Positions 12,562 through 24,552 of a stretch of 64,000 nucleotides of DNA are shown piece by piece (the stretch's first letter is position 1; every line of letters starts with the position of its first letter). Made by a program: the position numbers and the translations under genes. The stretch lies in NCBI RefSeq assembly GCF_006345805.1, contig NC_043009.1:64542001-64606000 (forward strand), given 5' to 3'. The notes beneath the pieces are model-generated. The model was not told where the DNA came from. It ran no database searches and saw nothing but the letters and a program-made list of their open reading frames with translations. The stretch comes from Octopus sinensis (Eukaryota).

Positions 12562-14066
12562 CCCTTTTACAGCGGAAATCAGATACATCCACTCAAAATT
12601 TCACTGCTCTTAACTGCGGAAAGCAAGAACATCCTTCCTGATGAAGTCTACCTTCGACGTTTTGCCTTCACCGGCCAATTTAGTCCGACTAATGAATGTA
12701 GGTGCGGAGAGAAAGCGACAGTGAGACATGTTCTGTCAAACAACAGGCTAGAACTAGATAGATATACATGGCGTCACAATCAAGTCTTCGGTGTCATAAG
12801 CGCAGCACTCAAGGAGAAGATCGAGGGATATAATAAGGGAGAGTTCCTAAAAGTGGAAAAGCGCGGAAGGATATACTTCCAGAGGGATGGAAAAGGACAT
12901 AAGACCAGGCCCCCAAACAAAAGTATAGGAGGCAGACGAAAGATGGAAGGGATGCAGGGAGCTGGCCACGGATCTGGAAAGACTGTTAATATTTCCACTC
13001 ATAAAAACAAGAAAAAGACCGGACTTAATCCTATGGAACACAGAAAGAAAAATTGGTGTAATGGGAAAAGAACATCGCTGATGCAGAGCAACGGAAGGAG
13101 AAGAGGTATGAGAGATTAATTGGAGAGTAAGGGGAACAGGGGTGGACTGTCGTAATGGCGGCTAGAGGCTTTCTTGGAATGAAAATGGTGATGTTATTTA
13201 AAAGAAGGTTTGCATTTTCGAACTCAGAGCTGAGAAAAGTAATAAGGAGGATACAGGAGGCAGTCGAAAAAGCCAGCTTCCATATATGGCTGAAACGAGA
13301 AGACCCGAAATGGCTCGGAAGCCATATCATGCCGACTGGGAAATAGCGTCGTTAGGCGAGACTGGCTGAGCCAAGGGAGCGATCTCGTTCATTGCGCGCT
13401 CTCCTCCCCGCTAGTTCGAAGGTTTGTACCACAAGACAGCTAGTCGGCTCTGGCTGCTGGAACTGAAACTAACACGACGCTGTTGGAAGGTAGGTTTAGA
13501 GAGGGCGCGGGCCTAAACTACGTGTCCTTCTCCTCCATTGGTCAGTTGAAGCTTAGATAGTGTCACGTGACAGTTAGCTGGTGCTGACTGCTGGAGCCTA
13601 CCGGTGAGTATTTAAAAGGAAATTTGGCAGGATGGTCATTCGCTCTCTGCCATTTGTTGATGCTGCATCAGAGAAACCAAAGAACAAAATGTCAAAAAAA
13701 AAAACAAAGGAGAAAGGAAAAACCCACTCAACACCAGAGCTGAAGGGACCTCCGAAAGCAAGGGAGGGGCACCATATCGAAAACGGTAGAGGAGTAGGGG
13801 CCGAAAACAGACGTGGTTCCTCCTGATGATGTCTTTGGCCACTGGATCCTATAAAGGAGATGTTGAGGTAGCGAACCACGAAACGTGGTTGGAATTCATA
13901 GCAATCTATTTTTTGTTGAGGAATATCATGTTTGAAGCTACCTTTTGAGGAGATCTGTCAAGTTTATTGAGGCAACGGGACCAGCAGAAAATACCAATTC
14001 TATTTTTGTTGGATATTTATCATCCTTGCCGGAATAATCATGAAATTTAATTTCGCAGTTAAAGGG
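12562..14066. mobile_element. piggyBac-like non-autonomous TIR element (TTAA TSD) enclosing the HERO fragment
   Basis: Left end TTAA|CCCTTTTACAGCGGAAAT; right end (reverse complement) TTAA|CCCTTTAACTGCG-AAAT; no transposase seen. Confidence 0.65.
12685..13346 (+). mobile_element. HERO-like RLE-clade retrotransposon 3' fragment
   Basis: CRCGEKATVRHVLS..RYTWRHNQV, RKRPDLILW, ARGF, IQEAVEKASFHIWLKREDPKW; contains deletions and a stop. Confidence 0.75.
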
Positions 14067-14169
14067 TTAACATAATGCATCTTTAATATTCCCTCCTGAC
14101 TTGCGTGTTATATTCCGTCTAGTTCTCGATTCCTAATTATTTGTAAACCTGTATTTGGTCTAATCCTTT

Positions 14170-14760
14170 TATCTGTATGCCATCATTATATGATATTAGT
14201 AATCCTAATTAATTTTTCTCTCTTTCAGGTTGCCTTGACGCAGTTTCCTAATCCGAATCTCACATCATTTCCTCCAGTAAATCCGCGTATTGACATTCTC
14301 ATTTCGTACTTCGACAAATGACTATTGATTATCCTTTCATAACGTTTGCAACCGATTCCAGTCTACTTGAACACACAAATTACTGGTATTAGAGCGCCAG
14401 ACAGTAAAACGAGTAGGAAGAGGATGTTATCTTGAAAAGTCCCTCTTCTAACTGTGAGTTAGCATTTATAATTCTCTCTTTTGTTTGCCATGAGGCCTTT
14501 GATATACCAGCTGCTTATTGTTAAGGCTACTTTCCTCATGGCTAATGTTCCCAGAATCTACTCGTAGTGACCATAGTCATTGGATATCTGTGAGTGAATC
14601 ATGTCTTACTTAAACACCTATTTCTCCTCCTATAAATTTATGCCACATCCCCTGTCTGGTATTTAATGCTTGACAAATGACCCTAATTCCTGTTGGCATA
14701 GCCAGTTGTTATTGTTTAACCCGTGGTCATCTTTGATCGAGTAAACCTATGATGAAAAGC
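14170..14760 (-). mobile_element. R4/Dong-type RT fragment, heavily decayed
   Basis: Minus frame RRGTFQDNILFLLVLLSGALIP..INSHL..FGLGNCVKAT*KREK resembles RRGIFQGDSLSPLLF..INHLLYMDD..FGLDKC. Confidence 0.6.
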
Positions 14761-14914
14761 ATTAACATAACATTACCCTGAATACATTATTCTGAGTAAT
14801 ATACATATTAGGGTGTGGTGTGATTTAAATTTTGCTATTATATCTAGCAAGTTAAGCCATCACATAAAAATTGCCCGACTGGAATCGATTCCAACATATA
14901 TATATTATTGGTGT

Positions 14915-15300
14915 GGAAGCGCAATGGCCCAGCGGTTAGGGCAGCGGACTCGCGGTCGTAGGATCGTAGTTACGATTCCCAGACCGGGCTTTGTGAGTGT
15001 TTATTGAGTGTAAAAACACCTAAAGCTCCATGAAGCTCTAGCAAGGGCTGGTGGCGAACCCTGCAGTACTTTTTCACCACAACTTTCTCTCACTCTTTCT
15101 TCCTGTTTCTGCTGTACCTGTATTTCAAAGGGGCCAACCTTGTCACACTGTGTGTCACGCTGAATCTCCCCGAGAACTACGTTAAAGGTGTACGTGTCTG
15201 CGGAGTTCTCAGCCAGTGGCACGTTAATTTCACAGGCAGACTGTTCCGTCGATCAGATCAACTGGAAACCTCGTCGTCGTAAACGACGGAGAGCCACGAT
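14915..15300 (+). mobile_element. SINE family C (tRNA-like head). Related copies: 21980-22260(+), 27967-28195(+), 43470-43690(-), 61255-61500(-)
   Basis: GCGCAATGGCCCAGCGGTTAGGGCAGCGGACTCGC..GATTCCC head; shared TGTACCTGTATTTCAAAGG..TCACGCTGAATCTCCC body. Confidence 0.75.
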
Positions 15301-16089
15301 GATATTGGTATTATATTTATCGATACGAAACGGATGAAAAAAAAATAAATAAATCGGCTGGAGCAGAATTGAACTCGGTTTATTTAAAGACGAAACTAAG
15401 CGCCTCCTTGAAGCCGACACTCTCGAATTTCTGCCAGCTGATCAGCCAACACAGGGAAGTAATATTGATTAAAATATTGCTGATATTCCGTTGACAATAG
15501 AGGTGGAATCTCACGTACGGGGTATTGGTAGGGACAAACTTGATCGATGACACGTACTTTCACACATGCACGCATGCGCATTCATTCACACACGCGTACG
15601 CACGCGCAATATTTATTATTTTACTTGTGTCGGTCTTTGGATCGCGGCGATGTATGGGACACCATCTTAAAAATCATGTTATTATCAGTTTTCGTTTCTG
15701 TTTTGGGATTTATTCCATATTAGCAATTTATTGAACCGCGAAACGAGAAGCAAAATGGCTTCTAGACCCTAAACACAAACATAAATCTTGACACAAACAC
15801 GCTAACATGGGGCAAGGACAACAACCTTATCCCTAAATACTGATCTGAATTAAAGGTTGTTTCAATGATATAGTCTGAGATACGTCATGTCTGAAGATCA
15901 AGAGCATCTCGGCTATGCCTGTGCGAATGAATTGATATTGGACTGAAGAGTGATACCAACACCACCAACACCTCCAACAACAACAATAACAACAACCACA
16001 TCTCTAATTAACCGCATTAATTAAGACTTCTGTCATTAAAAAAATGTAGAGAAGTGTAGACGCAAAAGTAGCCAAGCGAATATGGTTAT

Positions 16090-16720
16090 ATCAATCAGAT
16101 ATCGTTCAACATCGTTGGCCACAATGCGCCTCCATTATCCCCTTGACTGCGCCTTTCTTATCCATCTGTACCCGAATCTTTTTTGCTATGTCATCTTCAT
16201 ATCATCTAGAGTCAATCCAAGTGGCCTCTTCCGATCCCTTGGATATTACTCGACAACTGCACAGATCCACACGTTGTATACGAGCCTTCCCTCATATCCT
16301 GCCCAGGGGTATTTGTGTTGTAGGTATTCTACAATCACAATTTTCACTCTAATCGTTTTCGAATTACTTTGGATAAGCATTCATTATAATACTTCTGGCA
16401 TAGATCTTTTCCGTGGCTCTCTGTGTCATAACCAATCGCTGTTCTTCGTTCTCCGTGGTCACTTGTGTCTAAGAATGCTATTGCAAAGATTGGAGAGCAG
16501 GCCCTTGTCTATCAGTACTTCAAACACATTCTTCATCCAGGTAAACGCCTGCTCTTCTCCGCGTGAGATTTCAACGTTCGTATTTCGGCAAATATTTCCT
16601 GTGTATCCGACATACGCACCAACAAATATTTCGTTTACAGATTTTTCAGAAGAATCTCCAACACCCGTTCAGAACCGTTGTTTTTGAGAGGTGTCTAATA
16701 CTGAGGAGGCAATAAATAGT
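16090..16720 (-). mobile_element. RTE-clade LINE 3' fragment, decayed
   Basis: Minus frames QRLVMTQRATEK, KYPWAGY, PRDRKRPLG, WIRKAQSR match the RTE C-terminal pattern (TQRAMER, KWQWAGH, RGRP, AQDR). Confidence 0.55.
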
Positions 16721-16839
16721 TCTGAAACGTCCCTTAACGTAAGTGTGATGGTTATACACATCGCATAAAAGAAATTATCACGAAAAGCCTTTCTCATTTT
16801 CGACTCTACAAAGAAACATGAAAGGAATAAATGCATACA

Positions 16840-17640
<801 letters not shown>

Positions 17641-17942
17641 ATATGTATATATATGTATGTATATATAGATACATATATGTCTGTACAAGCACTTAAACAT
17701 ATATATTGATACACACACACAAGAGCACACACACACACACGCACACACACACACATATCTATATATATATATTTAGTCGAACACATTGACCCCAGGACTT
17801 ATCTTTTAAGCCTAATACTTATTCTATCGATCTCTTTTTTTGCCAAACCACCAGGTTTTGGGGACAAAAACATACCGACACCGGTTGTCAAGTGGTGATG
17901 GGGGGCTTCAAACAGAGACACAAAGACACACACACACATAAC

Positions 17943-18008
<66 letters not shown>

Positions 18009-20033
18009 ATTCCGTCTACCAAATCCATTCACAAGGCTTGGTCGACCCAAGGCTATTGTAAAATACACGTTGCCCAAGGTACCATGCAGTAGGATTGAAC
18101 CCGGAACCGGAACCGTGGCTGAGTGATAGAAAGCATGCTTCTTATCACTCAGCCACGCCTGTGCCTACATAGCTATGTATATGTATGTGTCTGTGTGTGT
18201 ATATAAAAGTATATATATATATATATATAGAATATATATATATATGGGTGTGTGTGATTGTGTATAGAAGAATATATTAATAAAAAGAATTCCAACCTTG
18301 TCTGATTTTCACGTTTTATTTACAATCTTATAATGATATATTATAAGATAATATATTATAATTGAATAAAATAAAATGAAATAGTAGAATGTTAAATATT
18401 CATTCTGATTGAACTAGTACTTTCATGCATTGAATTCTGCAATCTTCGGGTTCATGTAGTAGTGTTGACAGTCATGCTTCACAATTTTTGACTGTAGCAA
18501 GATGATTGATTCTGTGCTATAAATACAGCTGGGTAGGCTCCAGAGTGCTAGGTTTTGCAAACTGTATTCTGACCAATCAGTGTGTAGTATCACTCAATTA
18601 CTTAAGCTGATTGGTTGGTTGAGCTGATTGGTTTAGGCGTCACGCTTTGTTGGACATGCCGCCTCCGATACTATCAGCACCAGTACCATCACCACCACCT
18701 CTACCGCAACCACTTCCACCATTATCAACTAGACATCCACCTACCACCTCCACCACCTCCATTACTACTACCTCCATTTCCACAACCACCACCATCACCA
18801 CCACAATCACCGCCGCCCCCATGAGAATACTTTTCAAAATCTTGCCTTATTTCTTAAGATAACACGAGCAATTTTCGTGGGAGTATTGGTCGATTGCTAC
18901 GAGCCCAGTACTTGATGGTCCTTTATCTTATCGACCCCGTGAAAGATTAAAAGCAAGTTTAATTGCGGTATGGTAGGAATTTAGAACGTAAAGAGCCAGA
19001 AGACTTGTTGAATGGCATTTTTACCCGTTCGCCATGAAAACATTTTTGGCTTTCTGCTTATAGGCACAAAGCCTAAAATTTTGGGGAAAAGGGTTGTTGT
19101 TCAACTGGGGTTTATTCTATTGACTCTGAAAATATGAAGCAAAATCTCAGCGGCATTTGTGCTCAGGACGTAAAACCAGAAGAAATGTCGCTAAGCATTT
19201 TGTATGATGCATTTACGATTCCGCCATCTTAACATCAAGGTTTATAGCTAAAACCAAAGCAAGACTGTTCGTTGCTCTTCATTAAGGTCCCTATTTTATA
19301 ACTGGTTTTGTCACAGGGAGAAGGTGAAAGTACACGGTCCTTTTCATGCATAGTAGAAGGAAGAAAAGAGGCTATTGTCAGACTAGAAACCTAGATTGAT
19401 TGCAATAGTCTGGACTGTTAAAGTGAAGACCCAGGTGTAGTTAAATTACGACTAAATTTAGTCTTTCACAGTTTTCAGCCTCTAATTTAGTCGACCCGGG
19501 GTTATGGAAAAAGACAGTTGTCCAAAGTGCAGCTTAATGACATCGAACCTGAAAACACATCCTTGGGAATATAACATCTTAACTACACAACAATCCCTGC
19601 ACCCGTCATTATTTCTTATCTATTATGACCGGAAAAAAATGCAATTCGGATTAGATGCATTGTTGTCCCTCATTTATAACTCTAATCTGATTGATAAAAG
19701 CATGAACGGTATACTTTTCTCATATTTTCCCTATGAGTTTTGTAATATTGTAACCGTGTAATGCAGGTGCAGAGGTAAGATATCAAACCACTTGGGTTCA
19801 CACTGCGCTTAAAGTAGACAATTAAGCACTTCATGAAAATTATGGTTCAGTTTTCCCGTCGTCTGATGTTCGACTGAGGTGTTGTATGTTACAGAAGAAA
19901 GAAGTATTGACACATCTACTTCAGAGATACACACTTAGAAATTACTTTTGTGTGTGATAACAAAAATGCATATCAAATTTGTGGCTTTCAAAACGATCCA
20001 ACATTCATGAACAAACAGTGTATTAATCTTATG

Positions 20034-20065
<32 letters not shown>

Positions 20066-20087
20066 CATGCATACATACATACATACA

Positions 20088-20119
<32 letters not shown>

Positions 20120-20192
20120 CATACATACATACATCATACATACATACATACATACATACATACATACATACATGCATGCATACATACATACA

Positions 20193-20226
<34 letters not shown>

Positions 20227-20282
20227 CACACAGGCATACATACATACATACATACATACATACATACATACATACATACATG

Positions 20283-20314
<32 letters not shown>

Positions 20315-20478
20315 CACACAGGCATACATACATACATACATACATACATACATACATACATGAATGCATGCATACATACATACATACATACATACACACA
20401 TACATACATACATACATACATACATACATACATACATACATACATGCATGCATACATACATACATGCATACATACATA

Positions 20479-21130
20479 CGAAGTCTTATCAATAAGTATC
20501 TCAACTGTTGTCATAGTAACGAAACCAAAGCACGCAGATTGAAGCCACTTGGCACAGATTGACCTTGAATGCTGCTGTGCATGCACACCAAGTTTTAATA
20601 ATCTAGCTCACTTCCGCTGCTCACAGCAATGCTTGGAAGGAACGTGCGTAGAGTGTGATCGTCACATTGACCATGACAAAGAAAGTTGTCATGGAGAGAC
20701 ACCAGTACAGAGACCTGCGCAAATTTGCAGAGAGTGTATGGAGAGGAGTGTATGAGCCGCATTGAAGTGTACGAGGGGTTCAGACGTTTCCAACGTGTAC
20801 GTAAATATGTCGATATTGACGAACGTTCTGAGAGACCCGCAGCCAGAAGAACTGAGAAAAACATCGCAGATGTGAGTGCAACTGTGAGGGGAAATCGTCG
20901 AACCACACCCGTGAGTTATCAGATTATACATCCTCTGATAACTCACGGGTGTGGTTCGACGATTTCCCCTCACAGCTGCACTCACATCTGCGATGTTTTT
21001 CTCAGTTCTTCTGGCTGCGGGTCTCTCAGAACGTTCGTCAGCTGACCAAAAAGACACTCGGGTTTCAGTTGCACACGATCTCCTTAACGATGGAAACTTT
21101 TTGAACACTTTGCGTTGACCTCCTTGTGCC
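20479..21130 (+). mobile_element. mariner remnant (5' TIR plus HTH region) with internal fold-back
   Basis: TA|CGAAGTCTTATCAATAAGTATC terminus; TETCANLQRVYGEECMSRIEVYEGFRRF..DIDERSERP..RTEKN..VRGNRRTT is the mariner transposase N-terminus. Confidence 0.8.
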
Positions 21131-21335
21131 CATCTCAATACAAGAAAACATTCCTACACGCGCACTGACTTCCGCCCCATCTTCGTTCTTAAATTTTATC
21201 TGGCACTTACCCCCTTATCCTGATTCTTTCTCATTCAAACATTTTTTACTTTTACACTCTCCACTTCTATATTTTTCTTCTGATGAAGGATTAATATCCG
21301 AAGCGTCATGACACTTTCCATTGCTTGTATTGTTG
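21130..21335 (+). mobile_element. Penelope-like element 3' end / pseudo-LTR with degenerate hammerhead motif
   Basis: Pyrimidine-rich tail, then CTGATGA A GGA ttaata TCC GAA(G)CGTC at 21280-21308. Confidence 0.45.
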
Positions 21336-22269
21336 TTGATGGTCGTAGCCGTCGTGATAGTACCGGTAGTACTGGTGTAATTACTACCCAAATCATTTTT
21401 GATATAGAAATCTATTGACAGATTCCTTCAAACAGCCAATTTCCATTACATTTTTTTTTACCCAACACTACATTGCTTCTAAATTGTTACTGTTTTAAGA
21501 CACTACAGTAAGCTATGAGAGAGACTTCAACTGTTATTTCTAGAAGATCGACCGACAACGTAGAACGTTCTTCATTTTATTGATATATTAAAGCTGTCGC
21601 AAATACAACAAAGCAGACATGGATTTAGAGAAAGTGAAGATTATGTGACCAAATGGTGCAGTTGTTACCACTTACCCACATCCTTTATTCTGAGTCAATA
21701 AGCAACATTTGAGGTGTAGCAATCAATAAATGGTGCTTAAACATTTGTCTTTGTGTTTTGCTTGTTTGCTTTCTTTATAAAATAGTAATCAATGGTTTCA
21801 TTCTCAGCAAGAACAACCATATTAACATGTCTGGTACTTTAGGAATGTCACCATTCTGACATCTGGGATATTTACTTTCCTTTTCCGATAGCAGCCACAT
21901 TCCTACTTCCTTACCGACAAATACCCGGACACTTTTCACCACTTCGCTGTTTTTCTAACTAATTAATTACAATTAGTGAAGGGGCGTGGCTTAGTGGTTA
22001 GGGTATTCGGTTCACAATCCTAAGTTCGTGAGTTCGATACTTTGCGGTGCTTGAGTGTCCTTGAGCAACATGCTTTATTTTCACGTTGCTCCAGTCCACT
22101 CAGCCGGCAAAAATGAGTTGTACCTGTATTTCAAAGGGCCGGCCATGTCACGTTCTATGTCACGCTGAATCTCCCTCATTTAGGGTACACGTTGTCCGTG
22201 GAGTACTCAACCACTTTCATGTTAATTTCACAAGCAGGCTGTTCCGTTGATCGGAACCACAGGAACACC

Positions 22270-22960
22270 ACTCTAGGCACAAGGCCCAAAATTTTTGAGG
22301 GGGCCAGCCGGTTAGATCGACCCCAGTACGCAACTGGTACTTAATTTATCGACCCCGAAAGGATCAAAGCAAAGTCGACCTCGGCGGAATTTGAACTCAG
22401 AACGTAACGGCAGACGAAATACCTATTTCTTTACTACCCACAGGTGGCTAAACCCAGAGGGGACAAACAAGCACAGACAAACGGATTAAGTTGATTACAT
22501 CGACCCCAGTTCGTAACTGGTACTTATTAAATCGAACCCCGAAAGGATGACCTCGGTGGAATTTGAACTCAGAACGTAACAGCAGACAAAATACCGCGGG
22601 CATTTTGCCCGGCGTGCTAACGATTCTGCCAGCTCGCCGGCTTTATAAATATAAATATACTTTTCTAATCTACGCACAAGGCTTGAAATTTTGGGGGAGA
22701 GGCCCAGTCGATTACATAGATCCTAGTATGCAACTGATGCTTACATTTTATCGACCCCGAAGGATGAAAGGCAAAGTCGACCTCGGCGGAATTTGAACTT
22801 AGAATATAACGGCAGACGAAATACCTATTTCTTTACTACCCACAAGGGGCTAAACAAAGAGAGGACAAAGAAGGACAGACAAACGGATTAAGTCGATTAC
22901 ATCGACCCCAGTGCGTAACTGGTAATTAATTTATCGACCCCGAAAGGATGAAAGGTAAAC
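22270..22960 (-). mobile_element. Two SINE family B multimers with two tail types; same layout at 36040-36435(+) and 49232-49630(-)
   Basis: Units joined at GAAATA|GGTATTTC; distal unit ends in ..AAATTT..GGCCTTGTGCCTAGAGTAG. Confidence 0.85.
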
Positions 22961-23805
22961 TGTTATATGGTTTTTGTCAACTGCTACGGGAACAATTTTC
23001 TCTCAAGGAAACATCTTAGTTTGCCCAACCTCACACAAAAATATATTCCAGAACATTAAGTTCGACCATTGCTACATTTCAATACCATTCACATCAGTCT
23101 GCTGCTTACTAATATCATATTGAGAGTTTGTAAATCATTAATCGTTTCTTAGGAATCATTGTTAATGAGTCTATTAACTCACAGCCTTAATAAATACAAA
23201 TATTAGCACAATTTTAAAGCCATTTACTGAAAGTTTAGCAAGAATAACAAACATGGCCGGAGTGAGAGAGACGAGTATCGAAAGCTCGGTGCATGAGTCT
23301 GCTTTGAATATGGCAGCTCAAAAGATTTAAGCGAAATCTGAGAGCGGGCACCGGTCAATGGCAAGGGCATGATCCGTTATTTGCGTAGCTGTTGCAAATC
23401 TAAGAAACCCCATCACTCACAAACCCACTCACTTATCGATGGTATCAGCTTTCTTCTACTAAGATTCTATATGTGCACGTATGTATGTATGTATGTATGT
23501 ATGTATGTATGTATGTCTGTATGTATGTATGTATGCATGCATGTATGTATGCATGTATGTATGTATGTATGTATGTATGTATGTATGTATGTATGTATGT
23601 ATGTATGTATGTATGTATGTATGTATGTGGAGCAATGTGTACAAAGAAACTTAAGCTCAGTTCAAATACGTTTCATAATATATTTGAACTTGTCTTAAGT
23701 TTGTATGGTTTCCTTCACTGTTTCCTTTACAGGTTCAACTATCTTTAAAACATACTTGAACAAGTATTAAGTTTATAATACATATATTTTATGCGTGTGT
23801 ACGTG

Positions 23806-23851
<46 letters not shown>

Positions 23852-24102
23852 TCTCTTCTCTCTTCTCTCTCTCTCTCTCTGTATATCTATAAGAACTCAA
23901 AGCGCTTGCACATCTACAAAAGCAAAGCCCACACACATTATGTGAAATCTCCTCCCAAGGGCTAGCGTCTTTCTACTTTCTAAAAAGGTTCTCTTCTCAA
24001 TCTTAACCCAGTGAGAAAAAATCTTCTCTCCATATATATATATTTCGTTTTGGGATTTGGTTTGCAAGATTCTTTATATGAGTTCGTGTGTTGAAGCATA
24101 TT

Positions 24103-24410
24103 CTGTTGTGTCTGGGGAGAGTCATTCTCTTTTAGTGCCTTATTATTTAACACACTCACCGGTAAAATTTCCACTTATTTCTTATTTTTTATTTTCTAAA
24201 ATTTTTGTTGCGTCTTGCAACCTTTTCAATAATCTTTTCAATAGACTTTTCAATAGTCTTGCAACCTTTTCAATAGTCAACACAATTGAAAAGGTTGCAA
24301 GACGCAACGAAAATTTTAGAAAATAAAAAAAGAAATAAGTGGAAATTTTACCGGTGAGTGTGTTAAATAATAAGGCACTAAAACAGAATGACTCTCCCCA
24401 GACACAACAG
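24103..24410. mobile_element. Fold-back MITE-like palindrome
   Basis: Arms 24103-24230 and 24285-24410 are near-perfect complements; spacer has CTTTTCAATA repeats. Confidence 0.85.
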
Positions 24411-24431
24411 TATTATATAATTATATATATG

Positions 24432-24478
<47 letters not shown>

Positions 24479-24489
24479 ATATATATATA

Positions 24490-24551
<62 letters not shown>

Positions 24552-24552
24552 G

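Noticed and set aside
12637-12665. CTGATGA-A-GTC..GAC hammerhead start; similar partial hits near 13823 and 35410
   Set aside because: No GAAA after stem II, or no valid stem II or NUH triplet.
13469-13572. Two short matches (CAGCGTCGTGTTA, TGTCACGTGAC) shared in reverse with 51343-51390
   Set aside because: Spacing differs, and matches of 11-13 nt are expected by chance in 64 kb.
14229-14454. Plus-strand segment with strong acceptor (tttctctctttcag) and donor (gtgagt)
   Set aside because: Stops in all frames; the opposite strand is decayed R4-type RT.
14915-14990. tRNA genes at SINE heads
   Set aside because: A/B boxes are present but the cloverleaf is incomplete and each continues into a SINE body.
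18615-18862. Pro/Thr-rich mucin-like ORFs
   Set aside because: Degenerate (CCA)n repeat without convincing splice sites.
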